Positions 27,352 to 34,464 of a DNA stretch of 34,464 bases are shown one piece after another; the first letter of the stretch is position 1, and every line of letters begins with the position of its first letter. A program made the translations under genes and the position numbers. Source of the stretch: Armatimonadota bacterium (GTDB lineage: Bacteria; Armatimonadota; UBA10988). Under the pieces are notes generated by a model, which was given only the letters and a program-made list of their open reading frames with translations, did no database searches and was not told the DNA's origin. The stretch lies in the NCBI GenBank assembly GCA_016235455.1, contig JACRKZ010000101.1, forward strand, positions 1 through 34,464. Reading direction: 5' to 3'.

Positions 27352-29712
27352 CTAGAATCCCTCATGCTCCGTGCGTTCGATGATCTCATCCTGCAACGCC
27401 CGCGACAGATCGCAGAAGTAGTCGCTGTAGCCCGCCACCCGCACAATCAGGTCGCGGTGCTTTTCGGGCTGGGCCTGCGCCTTGCGCAGCGTGTCGGCGC
27501 GGACCACGTTGAACTGCACATGATGGCCGTTGAGCCGGAAGTAGGTGCGTACCAGCCGGCCCATGTTCTCGATGCCCTCGTCGCCGGCCAGCAGGCTGGG
27601 TGTGAACTTGCAATTGAGCAGCGTGCCGCCCGTGCGCAGGTGGTCCATCTTGGCGGCGCTGAGCATCATCGCCGTCGGTCCGCGGCGGTCGGCGCCCTGC
27701 ACCGGGCTGATGCCTTCGGACACCGGCACGCCGGCACGGCGGCCGTCGGGCAGGGCGCCGATGACCTGGCCGAAGTAGACATGGCAGGTGGTTGGCAGCA
27801 TGTCGATGTGGTACTGCCCTCCGCGCGTGTTGGGGCGGCCGTCGACCGTGGCGAAGTAGGCCTCGAAACAGGCCCGCATGATATCGTCCGCCGCGTCGTC
27901 GTCGGTGCCGTACTTCGGCGCGTCGTTGAGCAACCTCCGGCGTAGCGGTTCCTGCCCAGCGAAGTCGTCAGCCAGAGCGGCGAGCAGTTCGTCCATGCTC
28001 AGCGTCGCGCGCTCATAGACGTGCGAGCGGATGGCGGCGAAGGCGTCAGTCAGCGTGCCGATACCCACGCCCTGGATGTAGCTGGTGTTGTAGCGCGCGC
28101 CGCCGGCATTGTAGTCGCGGCCCTTGGCAATGCAGTCATCGATGAGGATGCTCAGGAACGGCGCCGGCGCGTACTTGGCGTACATCCGCTCGATGAGCTG
28201 ATTGCCGCGGACCTTGATGTCGACGAAATGCCGGACCTGCGTCTGCCAGGCGGCGAACAGCTGGTCGTAGGTGCCGAACTCGCGCGCCTCTCCGGTCCGC
28301 GGGCCGAGCTGCCGGCCGGTGCGCGGGTCGCGGCCGTTGTTCAGCGTCAGTTCCAGCACCTTGGGCAGGTTGAAGTAGCCGGTGAGGACATACGCCTCCT
28401 TGCCGAACGCGCCGGCCTCGACGCAGCCGCTGGTGCCCGCGGCACGCGCGTCGGCGATGGACTTGCCCTGGCGCAGCAGTTCCTCGATCACCGCGTCGCA
28501 GTTGAACACCGAGGGGAAGCCGTAGCCCTGGCGGATGACGCGGCAGGCGGCGTGGAGGAAGTGGTCCGGGTTCTGTCGCGAGAGCTGGATGTTGTTGCTC
28601 GGCTGGAGCAGGTGCATCTCATCGATGACCTCCAGCAGCAGGTATGAGACGTCGTTGACCGCATCGCTGCCGTCGGCGCGTACGCCACCGAGGTTGATGT
28701 TGCAGAAGTCGGTGTAGGTGCCGCTCTCGGCCGCCGTCACGCCCACTTTGGGCGGTGCGGGATGGTTGTTGAACTTGACCCAGAAGCACTCGAGCAACTC
28801 GGTGGCGCGCTCGCGGTCCAGGCTACCATCGGCCAGGCCGGCGGCGTAGAAGGGCGCCAGGTGCTGGTCGAGATGGCCGGGGTTGAAGCTGTCCCAGCCG
28901 TTCAACTCGGTGATCACCGCCAGGTGGCACCACCAGTACATCTGCAGCGCTTCCCAGAAGTTGCGCGGCGGCTCGGCTGGCACCCGCTCGCAGACCTCGG
29001 CGATACGCAGCAGCTCAGCGGCGCGCGCGGCGTCGGCGCAGGTGGTGGCCTTCACTCGGGCCAGGTCGGCGTGGCGCTGGCTGAATACGATGACCGCCTC
29101 GGCGGCGATGTGCATGGCCTGGAGCTGCTCATCGCGCGAGTGCGCGTCGGGGTCGGTCTCCCAGTCCAGCGCGGCGCGCGCCGCGGCGATGTCGGCCTGG
29201 AAGCCCCTCATGCCCTTGGCATACATCTTGCCATCGGCGACGGTGTGGCCCGGCGCGCGCTGCTCCATGAACTCGGTGAAGACGCCAGCCTCATAGGCGG
29301 CGTGCCACTCGGGCGGCAGCTGGCCCATCAGGCGGTCGCGCATGGAGCGGCCCTGCCAGTAGGGGATGACCGTCTGCTCGTAGGTCTCGACCACCTCGTC
29401 GTCGACGCGATACCAGGTCAGCGGCCGGCTGTCGAGCACGCGCAGATCTTCCGCTGAGTGACAGGTGAGCTCGGGGAAGGTCGGTGTGAGCTTGGGCGCC
29501 GGGCCGCGCTCGCCGACGATCAGTTCGTCATCGCCCAGGTAGATGGTCTTGGTGGCACAGAGATGCCAGAAGGCCTTGGCCCGCTGCACCGGCACCGAGT
29601 GGCGGCCGTTCTCGGCCAGGTAGAACTCGGTCATCAGCCGCGCGCGCTCGGCCGAGATGCGCGGCTCGGTATCCAGGCTCAGACGGCGAAGACGTTCGAC
29701 ACGCTCGGTCAC
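27352..29712 (-). CDS. hypD: Glycyl radical enzyme, trans-4-hydroxy-L-proline dehydratase (HypD)-like
   Basis: Gly-radical loop RVAGYS and Cys loop SGCVEAG; HypD-type segments TEFMEQRAPGH, WDSFNPG, ESGTYTDF, AYVLTGY, MLPTTCH; 786 aa; GTG start with AGGAG. Confidence 0.88.
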   Translation of the reverse strand: MTERVERLRRLSLDTEPRISAERARLMTEFYLAENGRHSVPVQRAKAFWHLCATKTIYLGDDELIVGERGPAPKLTPTFPELTCHSAEDLRVLDSRPLTWYRVDDEVVETYEQTVIPYWQGRSMRDRLMGQLPPEWHAAYEAGVFTEFMEQRAPGHTVADGKMYAKGMRGFQADIAAARAALDWETDPDAHSRDEQLQAMHIAAEAVIVFSQRHADLARVKATTCADAARAAELLRIAEVCERVPAEPPRNFWEALQMYWWCHLAVITELNGWDSFNPGHLDQHLAPFYAAGLADGSLDRERATELLECFWVKFNNHPAPPKVGVTAAESGTYTDFCNINLGGVRADGSDAVNDVSYLLLEVIDEMHLLQPSNNIQLSRQNPDHFLHAACRVIRQGYGFPSVFNCDAVIEELLRQGKSIADARAAGTSGCVEAGAFGKEAYVLTGYFNLPKVLELTLNNGRDPRTGRQLGPRTGEAREFGTYDQLFAAWQTQVRHFVDIKVRGNQLIERMYAKYAPAPFLSILIDDCIAKGRDYNAGGARYNTSYIQGVGIGTLTDAFAAIRSHVYERATLSMDELLAALADDFAGQEPLRRRLLNDAPKYGTDDDAADDIMRACFEAYFATVDGRPNTRGGQYHIDMLPTTCHVYFGQVIGALPDGRRAGVPVSEGISPVQGADRRGPTAMMLSAAKMDHLRTGGTLLNCKFTPSLLAGDEGIENMGRLVRTYFRLNGHHVQFNVVRADTLRKAQAQPEKHRDLIVRVAGYSDYFCDLSRALQDEIIERTEHEGF

Positions 29713-29724
29713 GCGACAAGCTCC

Positions 29725-29762
29725 TGACCCGATATCGTGACCCGATCGGCCCGATTTGGCAA
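29725..29762 (-). promoter_or_regulatory. Candidate hypD promoter overlapped by direct repeats
   Basis: Minus strand TTGCCA-17 nt-CACGAT; ATCGGGTCA x2 (29725-29733, 29738-29746) plus a partial ATCGGG (29750-29755). Confidence 0.45.
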
Positions 29763-29878
29763 GCGCGGGCGCGGGCGCGCTGCGCGTGGGGCGTCAGGCG
29801 TGAGGCGCGGGGGGGAGCAACACCGCGCCGATGGGCGGAACCAACCACGTGTCCAGCACCCCGACGCCCGACGCCTGC

Positions 29879-29907
29879 TTGCGGCCAGCGCCGCCAGCGG
29901 GGATAAT
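29879..29907 (+). promoter_or_regulatory. Candidate sigma70 promoter for ppk1
   Basis: TTGCGG-17 nt-GATAAT. Confidence 0.5.
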
Positions 29908-29927
29908 GGGAGGCCAAGAAGGGCACC

Positions 29928-32063
29928 ATGGACCTCAAGGACGCACGGCTGTACATCAACCGCGAGCAGAGCTGGCTGGAGTTCAACCATCGCGTGCTGG
30001 AAGAGGCCAGCGATCCGCACAATCCGCTGCTCGAGCAGCTCAAGTTCCTGGCCATCGTCTCGAGCAATCTGGACGAGTTCTTCATGGTCCGCGTGGCCGG
30101 CGTCATGAGCCAGGTCCATGCCGGCGTGACGCGCGCCAAAGGCACCGACCCTTCACCGCCGGCGTTGCTCGCCGCGATTCGCCGTCGCACGCAGCGCATG
30201 GTGCGCGAGCAGTACCAGAGGCTACGCGAGGGAGTGTTGCCCGGGCTGCGCGCCGAGGGCTTGCGGCTGCTGGCGCTGACCGAGCTGACGGCCGAGCAGC
30301 GCGAGGCGGCCGACCGCTTCTTCCGCGAGCGCGCCTTCCCCGTGCTGTCGCCACTGGCCATCGATCCGGCCCATCCGGTGCCGCACCTGCACAACATGTC
30401 GCTCAACCTCATCGTGGCGCTCGAGGGACCCGCCAACGGCGAGGCCTGCGGGCCGCTGGCCTTCGTCGAGGTGCCGGCGGTGCTGCCGCGCTTCGTGCCG
30501 CTGCCCAGCGCCGACGGGCAGCGCGACTTCATCGCCCTGGGTAGCCTGATCGCGGCGCATCTGGGCGAGCTGTTCCTGGGCTATGGCGTGCGCAGCGCCA
30601 CGCTGTTCAGAGTCACGCGCGACGCCGACCTGAACATCGATGAGGACGACGCCGAGGACCTGCTGCGCGATATCGAGCAGGCGCTGCGCGAGCGCGACCG
30701 CGGCCGGCCGGTGCGCCTCGAGATTGAGGCCGGGTGCGACACGGAGTCGCTGGCCTACCTGCAGCGCACGCTGGAGCTGGGTGATGACGACACGTACGTC
30801 ATCGACGGCCCGCTGAACCTCAAGGACTTCTTCGCGCTGGCCGGCACACCGGGCTTCGATCGGCTGCGCTACCGCTCATTCCTGCCGCGCATCACGCTCG
30901 ATGCCGACGGGCAGGACGACCTGTTCGCCGCCATCCGGCGCCGGCCGATCTTCATGCACCACCCGTTCGACAGCTTCGCCACGGTGGTCGAGTTCCTGCG
31001 GCAGGCCGCCGACGACCCGGACGTGCTGGCCATCAAGATGACGCTGTACCGCACCAGCGGCGACTCGCCCGTGGTGCAGGCGCTGGCCCGCGCCGCTGAG
31101 AACGGCAAGCAGGTGGCCGCACTGGTCGAACTCAAGGCGCGCTTCGACGAAGGGTCCAACATCCGCTGGGCACGCGCGCTGGAGCAGGCGGGCGTGCATG
31201 TAGTCTATGGACTGGTCGGCCTCAAGACCCACTGCAAAGTGGTCAGCGTGGTGCGGCGCGAGCGCGAAGGCCTGCGCTTCTACGTTCATCTGGGCACCGG
31301 CAACTACCATCCGCAGACCGCGCGGCTGTATACCGATTGCGGGCTGCTGACCTGCGACCAGGCCATCGGCGAGGACGTCAGCCAGCTCTTCAACATCCTC
31401 ACCGGCTACAGCCAGTTCCCCACCTGGCGCAAGCTGGCTGTGGCGCCCGAGGACCTCAAGAAGCGCGTCATCGAGCTGATCCGTGCCGAGGCCGAGTTGG
31501 CGCGCTCCGGGGTGGGCGGGCAGGTCATCGCCAAGTGCAACGCCATCATCGAGCCCGACGTCATCGAGGCGTTGTACGAGGCGTCCATGGCCGGCGTGCA
31601 GATTGACCTCATCAGCCGCGGCATCTGCGGGCTGGTGCCTGGCGTCAAAGGCGTGAGCGAGACCATCCGCGTGCGCAGCATCGTCGGTCGCTTCCTCGAG
31701 CACAGCCGCGTGTTCTGCTTCGGCAACGGCGGCGACCCCAAGCTCTACATGGCCAGCGCCGACTGGATGGAGCGCAACCTCAACCGGCGCATCGAAACCA
31801 TGTTCCCCATCGAGGACCCGGCACTGCGCGACCACATCATCCGCGACATCCTCATGGTCTATCTGGCCGACAACGCCAAGGCCCGGCTGCTGCAGTCCGA
31901 CGGCTCGTGGGTGCGACCCGCCCGCGCGGTGGACGCCCCGCTGCTCAATGCCCAGGAGGAGTTCCTGCGCCTGTCGGCCCAGAGCGACCCCAGCCGCACG
32001 GTCCGCAAATTCGGCGCCAGTTCGCGCTTCTTGGCTCGGGGCGCGGCCAGAACGCCCAAATGA
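29928..32063 (+). CDS. ppk1: Polyphosphate kinase 1
   Basis: YINREQSWLEFNHRVL, SSNLDEFFMVRVAG, AIKMTLYRTS, ELKARFDE, LKTHCK (phospho-His), GTGNY, SIVGRFLEHSR, SADWMERN. Confidence 0.98.
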   Translation: MDLKDARLYINREQSWLEFNHRVLEEASDPHNPLLEQLKFLAIVSSNLDEFFMVRVAGVMSQVHAGVTRAKGTDPSPPALLAAIRRRTQRMVREQYQRLREGVLPGLRAEGLRLLALTELTAEQREAADRFFRERAFPVLSPLAIDPAHPVPHLHNMSLNLIVALEGPANGEACGPLAFVEVPAVLPRFVPLPSADGQRDFIALGSLIAAHLGELFLGYGVRSATLFRVTRDADLNIDEDDAEDLLRDIEQALRERDRGRPVRLEIEAGCDTESLAYLQRTLELGDDDTYVIDGPLNLKDFFALAGTPGFDRLRYRSFLPRITLDADGQDDLFAAIRRRPIFMHHPFDSFATVVEFLRQAADDPDVLAIKMTLYRTSGDSPVVQALARAAENGKQVAALVELKARFDEGSNIRWARALEQAGVHVVYGLVGLKTHCKVVSVVRREREGLRFYVHLGTGNYHPQTARLYTDCGLLTCDQAIGEDVSQLFNILTGYSQFPTWRKLAVAPEDLKKRVIELIRAEAELARSGVGGQVIAKCNAIIEPDVIEALYEASMAGVQIDLISRGICGLVPGVKGVSETIRVRSIVGRFLEHSRVFCFGNGGDPKLYMASADWMERNLNRRIETMFPIEDPALRDHIIRDILMVYLADNAKARLLQSDGSWVRPARAVDAPLLNAQEEFLRLSAQSDPSRTVRKFGASSRFLARGAARTPK

Positions 32064-32065
32064 GT

Positions 32066-32097
32066 GAGGCGCGCCCCGTGTGAGCGGGGCGCGCCTC
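32066..32097. terminator. Perfect 13-bp hairpin between convergent ppk1 and the lipoprotein gene
   Basis: gaggcgcgccccg-tgtgag-cggggcgcgcctc; no clear U-tract on either strand. Confidence 0.65.
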
Positions 32098-32114
32098 GAC
32101 TTCGCCACGCTGGG

Positions 32115-33749
32115 TCAGCGCTTGCTCGTCTTGCGGTCGGGCTTGTACCCGCCACCTGTGCCGAACCCGTTGCCGGGCTCCACGGTGCCACCACCACCAC
32201 CGCCGCCGTCGACGGGCGGCACGTACGTCTCGAGCACCAGGTCGACGCCGTCGACGGTGCCGGACGTGGCCTCGATGGTGGTCGAGTTCCACTCGTAGCC
32301 ATCGGCGAAGGCGCTGACCGTGACCGTGCCTCCCTCAACATCGAGGGTGTAGCGACCGTTCTCATCGGTCTGGGCCACGCCGCCGGGCGGCATCATGTCG
32401 GCGCCCATCTTGACGCGCTTCCCGCGAGTGGGCCGGTTGCCCACTGCGGCGTAGGGCATGTAGACGTTGCCGTAGGCGTTGACCCACGCACCCGCGATGG
32501 GCACCAGGCTGCCGCTCGCTTGCCGCCCGCGCACCGTGCCACTCACGTGGACCAGGTTGCTGACCATCGTGGTGTTGACGGTCTGGTGGCCTTGGGCGGT
32601 GAAGGTCACCGTCTGTTCGACGCGCTGATAGCCGAACCGCCAGAACACCACCGTGTACGTGCCGGGCACGATGTTGGCGATGCTGTAGTGGCCCTGGGCA
32701 TCGGTCATGGTCGACTTGCCGCGCCAGAACGGCGGGACCATCCACGGGTCGATGTTGTTCAGTTCCTCGGTCGTGCCGCCGCCCGTGGCGGTCATCACGT
32801 CACCCGGGTCGGCGCCGCCGGCGTCGGTGCCACCGGTGTCGGTGCCGCCGGTGTCGGTGCCGCCGGTGTCCGCACCGCCGGTGTCGGTGCCGGTGCCGTC
32901 GGTCGGGTCAGCCTGGCGCGAGCGCCGAGCGGGCGAGCCGTTGGCCAGGGGCATGGGGAAGTCGCCACTGGTGACCGGCCACACGTCGACGCGAACCGCG
33001 GCCAGGGGGCCGGTGACGCCTTCCGACGTGCCGGTGACCGTGCCCTCGATGGAGGCATTGTTCGGGTCGACGGGCACCAACTGGGCATCGGCCGTTGCCG
33101 TCGTGCCGGCGCCGACCCAAGTGCCCACCTCCGCGGCTTCGAAGCCGTCAGCGGCGATCTCAATGGAATACGGGCCGACCAGGGCGCCGGTCAGCACATA
33201 CGAACCTGAGGAGTTGGTGACGGCCGTGCGCGGCGGCGGCCGGTTGGCGTCGGTGTTGTCGGTGGCCTGACGGCGCGCCGAGCCATTGGCGGCGTCCACG
33301 CCGCTGGCTACGCCAGGTGCCGTGGCATCGCCGTAGGCCCACATGAGCGGCGTCAGGCGCGCCGAGATGCGGGCCCCGACGATGGGCTGGCCGGTGGCGG
33401 AGTTGGTCACCAGACCGGCGATCTGGCCGACCTCCACCAATTCCACCTGGCTCACGTCGGTGGCATCGCCATCGACGACGCGCACCAGCACGGCGCCGCC
33501 CATATTGCCGGGCGCCGTGACCGACAGGGTGTATTCACCCGGCGGCACATTGGGCAGCGAGAATGAGCCATCCGCTCCCACCGGGCAACTCAGCGAGGTG
33601 CCCTCAATGCGCACGGTGCCGCCGGCCGCGTTGGTCAGCCGACCCGTGACGCGTCCGTTGCCACCCGAGCCGCCACCGGCGCTGCTGCCGCAGCCGGCGA
33701 CCAGTGCGCCGATCGCCAGCGCCGCCAGCGTCGCGCGTAACCATCTCAT
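32115..33749 (-). CDS. Surface lipoprotein with four carboxypeptidase-regulatory-like (prealbumin-fold) repeats
   Basis: Lipobox LVAG-C after MRWLRATLAALAIGA; repeated G.V.G.V...P.A.V...T...G.Y.....PG.Y pattern; SD GGAG 8 nt upstream of ATG 33749. Confidence 0.85.
   Translation of the reverse strand: MRWLRATLAALAIGALVAGCGSSAGGGSGGNGRVTGRLTNAAGGTVRIEGTSLSCPVGADGSFSLPNVPPGEYTLSVTAPGNMGGAVLVRVVDGDATDVSQVELVEVGQIAGLVTNSATGQPIVGARISARLTPLMWAYGDATAPGVASGVDAANGSARRQATDNTDANRPPPRTAVTNSSGSYVLTGALVGPYSIEIAADGFEAAEVGTWVGAGTTATADAQLVPVDPNNASIEGTVTGTSEGVTGPLAAVRVDVWPVTSGDFPMPLANGSPARRSRQADPTDGTGTDTGGADTGGTDTGGTDTGGTDAGGADPGDVMTATGGGTTEELNNIDPWMVPPFWRGKSTMTDAQGHYSIANIVPGTYTVVFWRFGYQRVEQTVTFTAQGHQTVNTTMVSNLVHVSGTVRGRQASGSLVPIAGAWVNAYGNVYMPYAAVGNRPTRGKRVKMGADMMPPGGVAQTDENGRYTLDVEGGTVTVSAFADGYEWNSTTIEATSGTVDGVDLVLETYVPPVDGGGGGGGTVEPGNGFGTGGGYKPDRKTSKR
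32808..32892 (-). repeat. 15-bp tandem repeat (about 5.5 copies) encoding DTGGT/DTGGA pentapeptides
   Basis: Plus-strand units gtcggcgccgccggc, gtcggtgccaccggt, gtcggtgccgccggt x2, gtccgcaccgccggt, then a partial unit. Confidence 0.9.
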
Positions 33750-33900
33750 GGTCATATCTCCCTCTGGGCGTGTGGATTGCTCTAACGCGCGCGCGAACAC
33801 GTTCTTCAACGTGCTGGGCCGTCTCTTGGTGAGTATGGCACATTGGGGTGCGCCGCGACAGGCCGTTTGGGCCGGTGCTGGAATGGTAGTGGAGACGGCG

Positions 33901-34125
33901 ATGAGCGTGCGGGAGATCGTCGAGCAGATCGGCCGGCTGGCGACGGAGGAACTGGCGTTGGTGCGTGTAGCGCTTGACGCTGCGCCAGTGGCCCGCGGGG
34001 ACGTTTCGTCTCTGGCAGCGCGCTATGCCGAGGTGCTGGCACGCCTTGATGACGGCTACTGCGACGGCGACGGCAGCCCAGTTGCTGACACCATCGACGA
34101 TGTGCTCTATGGCCGCGCACAGTGA
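33901..34125 (+). CDS. Putative antitoxin (74 aa, acidic C-terminus)
   Basis: SD GGAG, small size, C-terminal ...DTIDDVLYG, and a GTGA overlap with the downstream PIN gene. Confidence 0.7.
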   Translation: MSVREIVEQIGRLATEELALVRVALDAAPVARGDVSSLAARYAEVLARLDDGYCDGDGSPVADTIDDVLYGRAQ

Positions 34126-34464
34126 GCCGGCCGCAGGTCTTCGTCGACTCGTGGGCGTGGGTTGCCATTGCGATCCGCTCTGACCCCGGCCACTCCCGTG
34201 CTCGCGACCTGCGGCGCGCGGCCGAGCGTTGCGGTGCGCTCCTCGTCACGTCTGACATGGTCATGGCAGAATTGCTGACTCGATTGCGGTACGACGCGGG
34301 CCTGGCGGTTGCGGCGAGTCTGGCCGATGATGTGGAAGTCACGCGCCTGGTCGGTGCGGTGGACGTCGTCTATACCGATGAGCGGACCTACGGATCAGCC
34401 CTCGACTGGTTCCGCCGCTTCGACCACTAGCGTTTCTCGTTCGTCGACTGCACCTCGTTCGCCA
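34122..34464 (+). pseudogene. vapC: PIN-domain (VapC-like) toxin interrupted by an in-frame TAG at 34428-34430; runs off the window end
   Basis: VFVDSWAW, VTSDMVMAE; after the TAG the same frame reads RFSFVDCTSFA, the conserved PIN S..D motif. Confidence 0.8.

Noticed and set aside
32808-32892. Short tandem repeats as a possible CRISPR array
   Set aside because: 15-bp units with no spacers, in frame within a CDS, and no cas genes nearby.
33343-33900. 260-aa ORF appearing to extend the antitoxin
   Set aside because: The upstream part is antisense to the lipoprotein gene; the SD-supported start is ATG 33901.
34428-34430. Alternative genetic code (TAG reassigned)
   Set aside because: TAG ends many conserved genes in this window at their expected lengths.

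Overview
A high-GC bacterial chromosomal window. Positions 1-19.35 kb hold the ribosomal-protein superoperon, all on the + strand: tuf, the S10 block (rpsJ-rpsQ), the spc block (rplN-secY), adk-infA-rpmJ-rpsM-rpsK-rpoA-rplQ, truA and rplM-rpsI. map and rpsD are missing from their usual positions. The most striking anomaly is a complete EF-G paralogue of the EF-G2 type inserted exactly between rpsQ and rplN. Its G-motifs are non-canonical (GHRGAGKT, RQLSI, DTPGY, NHAD). In the same operon, uL6 has a rewritten C-terminal signature motif and several r-proteins carry lineage-specific insertions. The rest of the window (19.4-34.5 kb) holds a LysM/NlpC-P60 peptidase, an SPFH-rsmA-ispE-membrane protein-2x sugar-phosphate isomerase cluster, a DUF971 protein, a membrane protein and a GH76-like hydrolase. 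It also holds a glycyl radical enzyme with the HypD (4-hydroxyproline dehydratase) active-site signature but no adjacent activase, ppk1, a repeat-rich surface lipoprotein, and an antitoxin-PIN toxin pair whose toxin has an in-frame amber stop. Three small lesions could be real or assembly errors: a 49-bp tandem duplication at the tuf 3' end, a ~13-codon deletion in the SPFH gene, and the PIN nonsense codon. No rRNA, tRNA, CRISPR array or mobile element was seen. All calls come from motif recognition by eye; no searches were run.
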